Assembly: GCA_051000635.1 (NCBI GenBank)
Contig: JBPCOC010000048.1
Location: 4,558-68,557 of the forward strand
From: Sphingomicrobium sp.
Lineage (GTDB): Bacteria > Pseudomonadota > Alphaproteobacteria > Sphingomonadales > Sphingomonadaceae
Direction of reading: 5' to 3'
DNA length: 64,000 nucleotides
Part shown: in pieces, positions 10,362 through 19,701 of the stretch
Layout: every line of letters starts with the position of its first letter
How positions within the stretch are numbered: position 1 is the first letter of the stretch
Notes under the pieces: model-generated
What the model saw: the letters and a program-made list of their open reading frames with translations, nothing else
The model's database searches: none
Told to the model about the DNA's origin: nothing
Position numbers and translations under genes: made by a program

Positions 10362-10980
10362 ACCTCCACTTCCTCCAGGTCCCCGGCAGCCGACGCCGCC
10401 GCTGTCGAAGGATTCGCTTCGCCTCGCCGCACTCGACGCCCGCAAGGCGTTCGTCCGGACGATCGACGACGCGACCCGAACGCTTCTCGAGGAGCAGCTT
10501 GCAAGCAACCTCACAGGGATTAGCGCGCACGCCCGTGTCGTCGGCGGATATTCGCCGCTCGGCAGCGAGATCAGCCCGCTGCTGGCGATGGAGGAAGCGC
10601 GCGCGGTCGGCGCGATCGTCGCTTTCCCGGCCTTCCACAACCCGGCAAAGCCGTTCCGTTTCCTCGCCGGCGACCCCTCGATTCCCGGCCCGTTCGGGAT
10701 CATGCAGCCCAAACCGACTGCTCCCGCGGTGGAGCCCGAGATGGTGCTGGTGCCGCTGATCGCGGTCGATCCGGTTGGAGCCCGACTCGGGCGCGGAAAG
10801 GGGCATTACGACCGGGTTCTCGGCAAACTGAGGAGGTCGGGCGCCAGGCTGATCGGTGTCGGCTGGTCGATTCAGCGGATTGACGATAGAATCCCCGCCG
10901 ACCCGTGGGACGTGCATCTCGACGCTTTCGCGAGCCCCGAAGGACTCGAATGGTTCCACCGTTCAGCCCGCGGTCATTGA
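10348..10980 (+). CDS. fau: 5-formyltetrahydrofolate cyclo-ligase (start uncertain)
   Basis: VLVPLIAVDPVGARLGRGKGHYDR and DPWDVHLD motifs. Confidence 0.9.
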   Translation: MVVPSPPLPPGPRQPTPPLSKDSLRLAALDARKAFVRTIDDATRTLLEEQLASNLTGISAHARVVGGYSPLGSEISPLLAMEEARAVGAIVAFPAFHNPAKPFRFLAGDPSIPGPFGIMQPKPTAPAVEPEMVLVPLIAVDPVGARLGRGKGHYDRVLGKLRRSGARLIGVGWSIQRIDDRIPADPWDVHLDAFASPEGLEWFHRSARGH

Positions 10981-11020
10981 GCAACGCGTATTATTCGACT
11001 ATATCACCCGCAGCATATTG

Positions 11021-12073
11021 ATGATTAAATCATTCCTCTCGTCCGCCCGACCGTGGCGCAAGCCCCCGCGCGAATTCGTCGCGCTGGGCGGAATTGCGCT
11101 TGTCCCACTGATTACCGCCGCCGGAGTCGCCTGGTCCAGCCCGAACCTCGGAAACGTCGCCGCCGTCAGAGCCGACAAGACAGCTCCGGCACCGCCGCCG
11201 ATGCTCATCCGCAGCATGCAGCCGGGCGACGCGGTCGCTGCGAACCAGAATATCCCGGTCAGCACCGGGCCGAACCCGCCGGCGCAGCCGTTCGCGTTCA
11301 GCGGCGATTCGGCGACGCAAGCCCGGGCGACCGAGTGCCTGGCGAGCGCAATCTATTACGAGGCCGGCCGCGAGAGCGAGAACGGGCAACGGGCTGTCGC
11401 GCAGGTCGTGCTCAACCGTGTCCGGCATCCAGCTTTCCCCTCGACGGTCTGCGGAGTCGTCTACCAGGGTTCGACTCGTGCAACCGGGGCCCAGTTCACC
11501 TTCACAAACGACGGCTCGCTGTACCGCCAGCCGGACTCCGGCGGCTGGGCGCGCTCGCGCCGAATCGCCGAGGCTGCGCTCAACGGAGCAGTGTTCGGCC
11601 CCGTTGGCTGGGCGACCCACTATCACGCGAATTACGTTCTGCCCTATTGGGCCGCAACGCTGGCGAAGAATGCAGTGGTCGGTGCCCATCTTTTTTACCG
11701 CTGGGCCGGCGGCTGGGGACGATCGCCTGCATTCACGCAGCGCTATGCCCGCCAGGAGCCGAGCTCCGCCGCGCTGAAAGCCGCGGCGCTCGCCGCACTC
11801 GCCACCCGCCCGGCTCAAACCGAGCTCGAGCAAATTGCCGGGATTGCGGGCGCAGAGGTCGAGAAGGCGCCCGCTGGCCGGATCGCCGTCCGATTCAACC
11901 TCGAGGCGGCTCGAAAGGCAGTCGAGGAAGCGCCGCGCCAGGACTATGTCGAGAAGGTTGCGGCGTCCGACACCCTTCGCTGGACACTGACGGGAAGCAG
12001 CACGGACGGGGGCCAGAAGCCGCTCGGCCGATCGGCTTCTCCCAGCGGACCTACGGCCGGCGCCGCTGACTAG
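11021..12073 (+). CDS. Cell wall hydrolase (SleB / Hydrolase_2 family)
   Basis: CLASAIYYEAGRE..GQRAVAQVVLNRVRHPAFPSTVCGVVYQG and ATHYHANYVLPYWA. Confidence 0.9.
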   Translation: MIKSFLSSARPWRKPPREFVALGGIALVPLITAAGVAWSSPNLGNVAAVRADKTAPAPPPMLIRSMQPGDAVAANQNIPVSTGPNPPAQPFAFSGDSATQARATECLASAIYYEAGRESENGQRAVAQVVLNRVRHPAFPSTVCGVVYQGSTRATGAQFTFTNDGSLYRQPDSGGWARSRRIAEAALNGAVFGPVGWATHYHANYVLPYWAATLAKNAVVGAHLFYRWAGGWGRSPAFTQRYARQEPSSAALKAAALAALATRPAQTELEQIAGIAGAEVEKAPAGRIAVRFNLEAARKAVEEAPRQDYVEKVAASDTLRWTLTGSSTDGGQKPLGRSASPSGPTAGAAD

Positions 12074-12861
12074 AGCGGCTGGCGGGCGGCCTCGTCTAGC
12101 TTCGGGATCAGCGCCAACTCCACTCGCGTCCGTATCTGATTCAGCCGTGAATCGGCGGCCAGCATGTCGTGCGACAGCAGCCGCGCGGCCCCCATCTGCC
12201 GAGTCATCACCGATGACGTATTGAACGGGCCCGGATCCAGGAGCGGATTTGCGCCGCTGAGAATGACGACCGCCTCGTCGAAAGCGGCGCAGGCGTCGAA
12301 CCAGGTGAGGCTGGGGTCCTCGCGAAGCTTGTTGTGGCAGGCGCGGCTGAACGCCAGCGTTGCGGCCGGGTCTGCAGCCTTGTCGAATTGCACCGCGTCG
12401 GCGACCGCGCGATCGATGACCGCGGCCTGCAGTGGCTCGTCGAAGCTCGTCAGCGGAGAAACCGCCGCCGCGCTGGCTGGCCGATCGGCCGGCGCCGGCC
12501 ACTGGAACGGCATCGCGTAATCCGAACCACCGGACCCGCCGCCACGATCGGTGTTTGCGGCGCCTATGCCTGCGGCGACAACGGCCGCGCCAAGCAGCAT
12601 CCAGCCCGCGCGGGAGCGGCGCCGGGGGCGCGCTCGCGGCTGCACGGGGACCGGCATCCGGCGTCGCGGCCGCACCGGCCCTTCGAAACTCTGCCTGAGC
12701 ACAGTGTAAGCGCGGTTGATTTCCGCCGCCCGGCTGCAATCGCCCCCGGTACGGTCGGGATGGTATCGCTTGATCAGCCGCCGGTAGGCTTCATCCACCT
12801 CGGCACGGCCGGCCTCGGCGCTCAGCCCGAGCGTCGCAAAAGCGGAATTCTCCCCGGTCAT
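12070..12861 (-). CDS. J-domain (DnaJ-like) membrane protein
   Basis: N-terminal J domain with YHPD motif, followed by a hydrophobic segment. Confidence 0.82.
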   Translation of the reverse strand: MTGENSAFATLGLSAEAGRAEVDEAYRRLIKRYHPDRTGGDCSRAAEINRAYTVLRQSFEGPVRPRRRMPVPVQPRARPRRRSRAGWMLLGAAVVAAGIGAANTDRGGGSGGSDYAMPFQWPAPADRPASAAAVSPLTSFDEPLQAAVIDRAVADAVQFDKAADPAATLAFSRACHNKLREDPSLTWFDACAAFDEAVVILSGANPLLDPGPFNTSSVMTRQMGAARLLSHDMLAADSRLNQIRTRVELALIPKLDEAARQPL

Positions 12862-12916
12862 CGCGACGCGTAACTACCGCATGCGCGCCGATTCAGACAG
12901 GCCCATTTTGGAAGAA

Positions 12917-12993
<77 letters not shown>

Positions 12994-13051
12994 GCATTCG
13001 CTGGGGTTCCAGCCAAAGCTGCCTTGACCGGGTCCCGATGAGGCGCGCGAC

Positions 13052-14254
13052 CTAGGTGACGCCCCTTTCACTGTCAACAAGAGCCTCTTCGTTTTCCTCC
13101 TCCTCCCCGACATGGGTCAACGTCCCGTTTTCGAACAGGAATCCGGCGATGTCGGGAGTGCCGGCGGCGGAAAAGACCTGCTTGATGATGATCAACAGCG
13201 GCACTGCGAGAAGCGCCCCCGTCGTGCCCCAAACCCAGGCCCAGAAACTGAGCGAAATCAGGATGGCGAGCGGGTTTATCTTCAGCCTCTCGCCGACCAC
13301 CATCGGCGTAATCAGGTTCGCCTCGAGGAGGTGCAGGCCGGTGAACACCAGCGGCGGGAGCATCGCCGACCAGGCATCGGGGAACACCATCAGCCCGCCG
13401 AGGAACAGCAGCAAGGCCGCTGCGATCGGGCCGAGGTACGGGATGTAGTTCAGGACCGCGACGATACCGCCCCACATCACCGGCGAGGTCATATCCAGCT
13501 GCCACAGGACGAGCGCCGTCACGGCGCCGAGCGACACGTTGATGACCGTGATGGTCCCTATGTAGGTCGACGTCGAATCGACGACCTGCTGGATCACCCG
13601 GGCGGTGGTGAGAGCCCCTTCGAAGCTTCCGCGGCTGACGATCGTGCTCTTCCTCATGGCCGTCCAGCCGGCAAGGAAGAAGAAGATTACCAGCAAGGCG
13701 AAGAACAGCTGGATAATCAGGTGCGGAGCCGAGGTCGCCAGTAGCCCGGACAAGGAGTTCGGAGTTTCGATCGTCACCACCCGGCCGGGGTCGGGCACCG
13801 ACGCGACCTGCGAAAGAATGCCCTCCACGAACCGGTCGAACGCCTTGTAGAGGTCGAGAAGCGGCTCGAGCGTTGCCCGAACCTGGCCGATCCGCTCGGG
13901 GATGAGCGCGATCCAGTCGATTGCCGGAAGGACGATCGACCCGATCGCGAAGACAGCGAACGCCAGGAAGAGCAGCACGCACAGCGCGGCTGCGATTTTC
14001 GAAGGCACTCCATGCCGCTCGAACCATTCGAGCATCGGCACGAGCGCGATCGCAATCACCAGCGCGGCCGTAACGGGAAGGAAGAATTCCGCCCCCGCCC
14101 TCAGCGCGAACGGGAGGGCGACGATAAGCCCGACACCGCCGATCAGGGTCAGCGCCGCCAGCAGCCGGTCGCGCTTGGCGGTGAACGCCTCGGCGAGCGA
14201 GTGCACGTGTTTGGCCTCATCGGCCGCTTCTTGTTTGATCGTCGGGGCGTCCAT
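13052..14254 (-). CDS. AI-2E family transporter
   Basis: Multi-TM protein with LNYIPYLGP, LEANLITPMVVG and WGTTGALLAVP motifs. Confidence 0.9.
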   Translation of the reverse strand: MDAPTIKQEAADEAKHVHSLAEAFTAKRDRLLAALTLIGGVGLIVALPFALRAGAEFFLPVTAALVIAIALVPMLEWFERHGVPSKIAAALCVLLFLAFAVFAIGSIVLPAIDWIALIPERIGQVRATLEPLLDLYKAFDRFVEGILSQVASVPDPGRVVTIETPNSLSGLLATSAPHLIIQLFFALLVIFFFLAGWTAMRKSTIVSRGSFEGALTTARVIQQVVDSTSTYIGTITVINVSLGAVTALVLWQLDMTSPVMWGGIVAVLNYIPYLGPIAAALLLFLGGLMVFPDAWSAMLPPLVFTGLHLLEANLITPMVVGERLKINPLAILISLSFWAWVWGTTGALLAVPLLIIIKQVFSAAGTPDIAGFLFENGTLTHVGEEEENEEALVDSERGVT

Positions 14255-14304
14255 CGCCACAGCATATCCGCGCTCCTTTAGTCCCGCCAGCGGCTAATGC
14301 ATGA

Positions 14305-14330
14305 GCAACCAAGCGGCGCGACCGATCGTT
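14305..14330 (+). promoter_or_regulatory. Candidate EcfG/sigmaT (general stress) promoter
   Basis: GCAAC-N17-CGTT, one mismatch to GGAAC-N16/17-CGTT, about 22 nt upstream of the L,D-transpeptidase start. Confidence 0.4.
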
Positions 14331-14352
14331 GCTAGCCGGAAGGAGAGCGAAC

Positions 14353-15066
14353 TTGATTGGACGTATAGGAATCGCTGCCTGCGCGCTGCTCGGTGCCACC
14401 GCATGCGAGGTCAGGACCGTCAACGAAGACACGGAGGCGAACCAAGCGGCGCAACCCGAACAGCCGGAAAGCGATCCGTACGCCTCGAATCCGCAGGCGA
14501 TCGCCCGCGCCCGTCAGCTCGCCGCAGCTCAGGCGCCGGAGGAGCAACGGGCAAGGCTTCGCGAGCAGGCCCGGGGCGAGCTTCGGGACCTCCGATTCGT
14601 CGTCGACATCAGCGATCGCGAACTGCGCGTTCTCAGCGGCGACCGTGAGGTCGAAACGCACCCGGTCGCAGTCGGAAGCGAGGAATGGCCGACACCGACA
14701 GGGTCCTGGGAATTCCATCGGGTCGATTTCAATCCTGAATGGAATCCACCCAAGACGGAAGACTGGGCGAAGGACGAAACGCGCAAAGCTCCAGGGGATC
14801 CGGAGAACCCGATGGGACGTGCCCGGCTGGTCTACCGGATGCCGAACACCGTCCATGGGACCGACGATCTCGATTCGCTCGGCAAGGCCGTGTCTCACGG
14901 ATCGATCCGCGTCGCCAACGAGGTCGCCCTCAACCTAGCCGAGATGCTGCTGAAGGCAGGCCACGCCTGGGAGGGACCGCAATGGTTCGGGCAGATGACG
15001 CAGGACCGCACGACCGAGTACCAGATCGAGCTTCCGGATGGCATTCCAATAGAGGTACAGGAATAA
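14353..15066 (+). CDS. L,D-transpeptidase (YkuD) lipoprotein
   Basis: Lipobox-like LGATAC; NPMG and HGT...LGKAVSHGSIR (the usual catalytic Cys of SHGC is Ser here). TTG start after GGAG. Confidence 0.8.
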   Translation: MIGRIGIAACALLGATACEVRTVNEDTEANQAAQPEQPESDPYASNPQAIARARQLAAAQAPEEQRARLREQARGELRDLRFVVDISDRELRVLSGDREVETHPVAVGSEEWPTPTGSWEFHRVDFNPEWNPPKTEDWAKDETRKAPGDPENPMGRARLVYRMPNTVHGTDDLDSLGKAVSHGSIRVANEVALNLAEMLLKAGHAWEGPQWFGQMTQDRTTEYQIELPDGIPIEVQE

Positions 15067-15120
15067 CGGCGATCGCGGGGCGACCTGCCGACGGCAATTT
15101 GCCCGACTGTAGTGTTGCGA

Positions 15121-15205
15121 TGGTGCCCCTGGTCCGATTCGAACGGACACTCCGGTTAGGAACTCGATTTTGAGTCGAGCGCGTCTACCATTCCGCCACA
15201 GGGGC
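15121..15205 (-). tRNA. tRNA-Leu (CAA)
   Basis: GCCCCTGTGGCGGAATGGTAGACGCGCTCGACT-CAA-AATCGAG, long variable arm, GTTCGAATC and CCA end. Confidence 0.96.
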
Positions 15206-15241
15206 ACTCGGACGGCTAGTTAGGCGAGGCATGGCCCCCAA

Positions 15242-16750
15242 TCAATTGCGCGGTGCCTGCCGGCGATAGCTCAGGGCCTCGGCGATATGGATCCGACCGA
15301 CCTGCTCAACTCCGGCCAGGTCGGCGATGGTGCGGGCAACCCGCATCACCCGGTGGAAGCCGCGGGCCGAGAGGCGCATTGCGGCAGCCGCATCGGCGAG
15401 CAGCTTGCGCCCCGGCTCGTCCGGAGTCGCGACATCGTCGAGCAGCTCTCCGTCGGCCTCGGCGTTGGTTCGCACGCCCGAGCTGTTGTAGCGCTTCGAC
15501 TGAAGCTTTCGGGCGGCCGCGACCCGGGCTGCGACTTCGCCGCTGCCCTCGGCGGGCGGCGGAAGGGTCAAATCGGCGGCCGAGACGCCTTGCACGTCCA
15601 CATGCAGGTCGATCCGGTCGAGGAGAGGACCCGACACCCGCGTCTGATAGTCTGCGGCGCAGCGCGGAGCCCGGCTGCACGCGAGCGCCGGATCGCTCAA
15701 ATGCCCGCACCGGCAAGGGTTCATCGCCGCGATCAGCTGGACTCGCGCTGGAAAGGTGACGTGGGTGTTCGCCCTGGCGACGCTGACGCTTCCGGTCTCG
15801 ATGGGTTGCCGTAGCGAATCGAGCACCTGGCGCTGGAATTCCGGCAATTCGTCGAGGAACAGCACGCCCAGATGCGCGAGGCTGATTTCGCCGGGGCGGA
15901 CCTTGAGACCGCCGCCGACCAGCGCCGGCATCGATGCCGAATGGTGCGGCGCCCGGAACGGCCTTCGCCGGCGGATCTTGCCTACGTTCAGCTCCCCGGC
16001 GACCGAAGCGACCATCGACACTTCCAGCGCTTCCGAAGGCTCCAGCGGCGGAAGGATTCCGGGCAGGCAGGCGGCGAGCAGCGACTTTCCGGCCCCCGGC
16101 GGGCCGCTCATCAGCAGATTGTGGCCTCCGGCCGCAGCGATCTCCAGCGCACGCTTGGCGACTTCCTGGCCTTTGACCTGAGCAAGATCGGGGCCCGAAT
16201 CCGGCGGCTCGGCCTCGGCAAGCGGAGGCGGCGGCAACAGGCTGCTGCCTTTGAGGTGGGCCAGGAGGGCAAGCAGATCGGGCGCGGCGACCACTTCCAG
16301 CTCGCCGGCCCAGCTCGCTTCGCTGCCCTGGGACGCCGGGCAGATCAGCCCCTTGTCCTCTCCCGATGCGTGAAGCGCCGCAAGAAGGACGCCGGGCGAC
16401 GCCGCGATCCGTCCATCGAGGCTCAGCTCGCCGACCGCGACATAGTGCGACAGGGTCTCGGCGTCGGTCGCTCCGATCGCGGCGAGCAGGCACAAGGCGA
16501 TCGGAAGATCGTAATGCGAGCCTTCCTTCGGCAGATCGGCGGGAGAAAGGTTGACGGTGATCCGCTTGGGCGGGAGCGCAAGTCCGATGGCGGCAAGCGA
16601 CGCCCGGACCCGCTCACGGCTCTCCGCCACCGCTTTGTCGGCAAGTCCGACGATGACGAAGGCCGGGAGCCCGGACGACAGCTGGACCTGGACTTCGACG
16701 GCGCGCGCCTCGAGCCCCAGATAGGCGACGGTTGCCACGGTGGCGGCCAT
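15242..16750 (-). CDS. comM: YifB/ComM Mg-chelatase-like AAA+ ATPase
   Basis: NLSPADLPKEGSHYDLPIA, GPPGAGKS, PGEISLAHLGVLFLDELPEF and SGPLLDRID. Confidence 0.92.
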   Translation of the reverse strand: MAATVATVAYLGLEARAVEVQVQLSSGLPAFVIVGLADKAVAESRERVRASLAAIGLALPPKRITVNLSPADLPKEGSHYDLPIALCLLAAIGATDAETLSHYVAVGELSLDGRIAASPGVLLAALHASGEDKGLICPASQGSEASWAGELEVVAAPDLLALLAHLKGSSLLPPPPLAEAEPPDSGPDLAQVKGQEVAKRALEIAAAGGHNLLMSGPPGAGKSLLAACLPGILPPLEPSEALEVSMVASVAGELNVGKIRRRRPFRAPHHSASMPALVGGGLKVRPGEISLAHLGVLFLDELPEFQRQVLDSLRQPIETGSVSVARANTHVTFPARVQLIAAMNPCRCGHLSDPALACSRAPRCAADYQTRVSGPLLDRIDLHVDVQGVSAADLTLPPPAEGSGEVAARVAAARKLQSKRYNSSGVRTNAEADGELLDDVATPDEPGRKLLADAAAAMRLSARGFHRVMRVARTIADLAGVEQVGRIHIAEALSYRRQAPRN

Positions 16751-16888
16751 CTACGGCCGCCTCCGGTCGCTCACACCTTCGCAGTCACGCAACGGTCCCC
16801 CTAGCTCGGCGACATGAGTGCTAGCCCGCGCCGCGCCTTGGGCGCAAGCGCTCTTGCGGGCGCGCCTTCTCCAGCCCACATCGAAGCA

Positions 16889-17209
16889 ATGATGACGCGT
16901 GAGCAGTGGCGAGCCTTCGCCGGCAGCAAGGCGATGCGGATCGCGCTGTTCGTCACCGGCCTGGTGCTGATCGTCATTTCCCCGCTCCTCGGCGCGCTTC
17001 CCGGGCCGGGCGGGATTTTCGTCTTCGCGGCCGGTTTGGCGCTGGCCTTGCGCAACAGCGAGTGGGCAAAACGCAAATATGTTCGCTTCAAACGCTGGCA
17101 GCCGAAGGCTGGCCACTGGACCGACTGGGGATTGCGCCGCAAAAGCGCCCGGCGCAGGCATGATCTCCGCAAGGAGAAGGAGCGTCAGGACAAGGCCTCG
17201 GCTGATTGA
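16889..17209 (+). CDS. Small membrane protein, PGPGW-like (start could be 16814)
   Basis: Two hydrophobic segments around LPGPGGI, with a basic tail. Confidence 0.7.
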   Translation: MMTREQWRAFAGSKAMRIALFVTGLVLIVISPLLGALPGPGGIFVFAAGLALALRNSEWAKRKYVRFKRWQPKAGHWTDWGLRRKSARRRHDLRKEKERQDKASAD

Positions 17210-17234
17210 CTTTGACGCCCCCCTCCCTTACTTG
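17206..17234 (+). promoter_or_regulatory. Possible sigma70 promoter of the rpmH operon
   Basis: TTGACT-N17-TACTTG about 55 nt upstream of the ATG pair. Confidence 0.3.
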
Positions 17235-17287
17235 CGCGCGCAACCGAGGCTGCCCGAACGGCGGCCCTTTTTCTTTGATTTTGAGGC

Positions 17288-17761
17288 ATGAGCGATGAAG
17301 CGCACCTTTCAGCCGAGCAATCTCGTCCGCAACCGCAGGCACGGCTTTCGCGCGCGCATGGCAACTCCGGGCGGCCGCAGGATCCTGAACGCGCGCCGCC
17401 GCCAGGGCCGCAAGAAGCTCAGCGCGTAGAGCGCCCAGGCACAATCAGGAAACGCAAGGATTTCCTGGCTGCGAACGCCGGACGGCGCGCCGCCACGCCC
17501 GGATTCGTGCTTCTCGTCCGCAACCGCAACGACGGCGACCCGCTCAAGCGCGTCGGATTCACCGTCAGCCGCAAGGTCGGCAATGCAGTCGCCCGAAACC
17601 GGATGAAGCGGCGCTTTCGGGCGCTCGCGCGCGAGATCATTCCCGCACACGGTTACTCGGGGTCGGATCATGTGATGATCGGTCGCGCCGGTGGAATCGA
17701 GCGCGAGTTCCCCGCCTTGCGGAGCGATTTTATCCGTGCGCTGGAGCGAGCGGCGCCGTGA
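17288..17761 (+). CDS. rnpA: Ribonuclease P protein component, apparently N-terminally extended across rpmH
   Basis: Core IRKRKDF...[24 protein letters not shown]. The only in-frame ATG/GTG/TTG upstream of the core is ATG 17288. Confidence 0.88.
   Translation: MSDEAHLSAEQSRPQPQARLSRAHGNSGRPQDPERAPPPGPQEAQRVERPGTIRKRKDFLAANAGRRAATPGFVLLVRNRNDGDPLKRVGFTVSRKVGNAVARNRMKRRFRALAREIIPAHGYSGSDHVMIGRAGGIEREFPALRSDFIRALERAAP
17295..17429 (+). CDS. rpmH: 50S ribosomal protein L34
   Basis: Manual translation: [48 protein letters not shown] lies 8 nt upstream. Confidence 0.97.
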   Translation: MKRTFQPSNLVRNRRHGFRARMATPGGRRILNARRRQGRKKLSA

Positions 17762-17967
17762 CCCGGCTGCTGATCTGGATTTGCCGCGGGTGGCAGATGG
17801 GACCGTCTCGCGTGCTTCCGCCGAGCTGCCGGTACCAGCCGAGCTGCTCGGCCTATGCGATCACTGCACTCTCGCGCTATGGCGCCCTTCGCGGGAGCTG
17901 GCTTGCAGTCAAGCGGCTCTCGCGATGCCATCCATGGGGGGGCCAGGGCTACGACCCGGTTCCCTAA
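17758..17967 (+). CDS. yidD: Membrane protein insertion efficiency factor
   Basis: [11 protein letters not shown]...[14 protein letters not shown]. Confidence 0.95.
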   Translation: MTRLLIWICRGWQMGPSRVLPPSCRYQPSCSAYAITALSRYGALRGSWLAVKRLSRCHPWGGQGYDPVP

Positions 17968-17991
17968 CCCAATTGCGAGGATCGCGCTGAC

Positions 17992-19701
17992 GTGAACGAC
18001 AATCGGAACATGATCCTCGCGATTGTGCTGAGCGCATTGGTGCTGATCGGCTGGAGCATGCTTTCCGAGCGTTTCCTTCCCAGCGCCCCGCCGCCGGCAC
18101 AGCAGGTCGACGACGGCCAGCCCCAGCCAAGTCCGCAGGCGCAGGCCGGTCCTGTGGAGCGCACGCCCCAGAAGATTCGCTCCCGGCAGGAAGTCCTGGC
18201 GGAGAGCCCGCGGGTCCAGATCCGTACGCCGAGCCTGAGGGGCTCGATCAACCTTACCGGCGCCCGGATCGACGACCTGGTGCTGCTCAGGGAGCGGCAA
18301 AGCATGGCGAAGGATTCGCCGCCGGTCAGGCTGCTGTCACCCGCCGGCGCTCCGGAGGCGTATTTCGCGAGCTTCGGCTGGACCGGACAGGGGGTGCAGG
18401 TTCCGACGCCTACGACCCGCTGGACCGCGAGCGCTCCTGTCCTTCAGCCCGGACAGCCGGTCACGCTGACATGGTCGAACGGCGAGGGCCAAACCTTCGA
18501 GATCATCATCGGAGTCGATGAGAACTACCTGTTCACCGCGCAGCAGCGCGTAGTGAACAGCGGTTCGGGAGCCGTCGCGGTGCGGCCCTACGGCCTCATC
18601 AGCCGCGCCGACGAATCGCCGGACCCCGATTATTGGACCGTGCATGTCGGCCCAATCGGCGTGTTCAACGATGCCGCCACTTACGACATCGACTGGTCGT
18701 CCCTCGAGGGCGGACAGGTCGAACGGTTCGACAGCCGTGGCGGCTGGCTCGGCTTTAGCGACAAATATTGGCTGACTGCGCTTGCTCCAGCAGGAAATCC
18801 GCAGATCGCCGCCAGCTTTACCGGTACTCCGGGCGGCGGATTCCAGGCGGATTATGCCGAGCAGCCGCAGATCGTGCCCCCCGGCGGCGGCGTGTCGACC
18901 GAAACCCGGTTGTTCGCCGGGGCGAAGGAAAAGGCGCTCCTAGACCGCTATGAGGGCCTTGGAATCCCGAAGCTGTCGAAGTCGATCGACTGGGGCTGGT
19001 TCGAATGGTTCATGCGGCCGATCTTCGACGTCCTGAACTGGCTGTTCGAAGCGACCGGCAATTTCGGACTCGCGATCATCTGCCTGACCGTGATCGTCCG
19101 TCTGATCATGTTCCCGATCGCCCAGAAGCAGTTCAAATCGTTCGCTGCGATGCGCAAGGTCCAGCCGAAGCTCAAAGCGCTCCAGGAGAAGTTCAAGGAC
19201 GACAAGACCAAGCAGCAGCAGGCGATGCTCAAGCTGTACAAGGAGGAGAAGATCAACCCGGCCGCCGGCTGCCTTCCGATCCTCCTCCAAATCCCGATCT
19301 TCTATGCGCTGTATAAGGTGCTTCTTGTTTCGGTCGAAATGCGCCACCAGCCGTTCGCGTTGTGGATCAAGGACCTGTCCGCCCCCGATCCGCTGACCCC
19401 GGTCAACCTTTTCGGCCTTCTACCCTTCACTCCGCCGCTGTTTCTCACCATCGGAATCCTGCCGATCCTGCTCGGCGTTACGATGTGGCTCCAGTTCAAG
19501 CTCAACCCGCAGCAGCTGGACAAGACGCAGCAGCAGATCTTCATGCTGATGCCGTGGGTGATGATGGTGATCCTGGCGCCGTTCGCGGCCGGGCTAGTTC
19601 TCTACTGGGTGACGTCGAATGTGCTTACGATCGCCCAGCAATGGTGGCTGTACCGCCGCTTCGGGCTGCACCTGTCCGACACCCATCCGGTCAAGACCTG
19701 A
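17992..19701 (+). CDS. yidC: Membrane protein insertase YidC
   Basis: IDWGWFEWF, NFGLAIICLTVIVR, GCLPILLQIPIFYALY and WIKDLSAPDP. Confidence 0.96.
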   Translation: MNDNRNMILAIVLSALVLIGWSMLSERFLPSAPPPAQQVDDGQPQPSPQAQAGPVERTPQKIRSRQEVLAESPRVQIRTPSLRGSINLTGARIDDLVLLRERQSMAKDSPPVRLLSPAGAPEAYFASFGWTGQGVQVPTPTTRWTASAPVLQPGQPVTLTWSNGEGQTFEIIIGVDENYLFTAQQRVVNSGSGAVAVRPYGLISRADESPDPDYWTVHVGPIGVFNDAATYDIDWSSLEGGQVERFDSRGGWLGFSDKYWLTALAPAGNPQIAASFTGTPGGGFQADYAEQPQIVPPGGGVSTETRLFAGAKEKALLDRYEGLGIPKLSKSIDWGWFEWFMRPIFDVLNWLFEATGNFGLAIICLTVIVRLIMFPIAQKQFKSFAAMRKVQPKLKALQEKFKDDKTKQQQAMLKLYKEEKINPAAGCLPILLQIPIFYALYKVLLVSVEMRHQPFALWIKDLSAPDPLTPVNLFGLLPFTPPLFLTIGILPILLGVTMWLQFKLNPQQLDKTQQQIFMLMPWVMMVILAPFAAGLVLYWVTSNVLTIAQQWWLYRRFGLHLSDTHPVKT

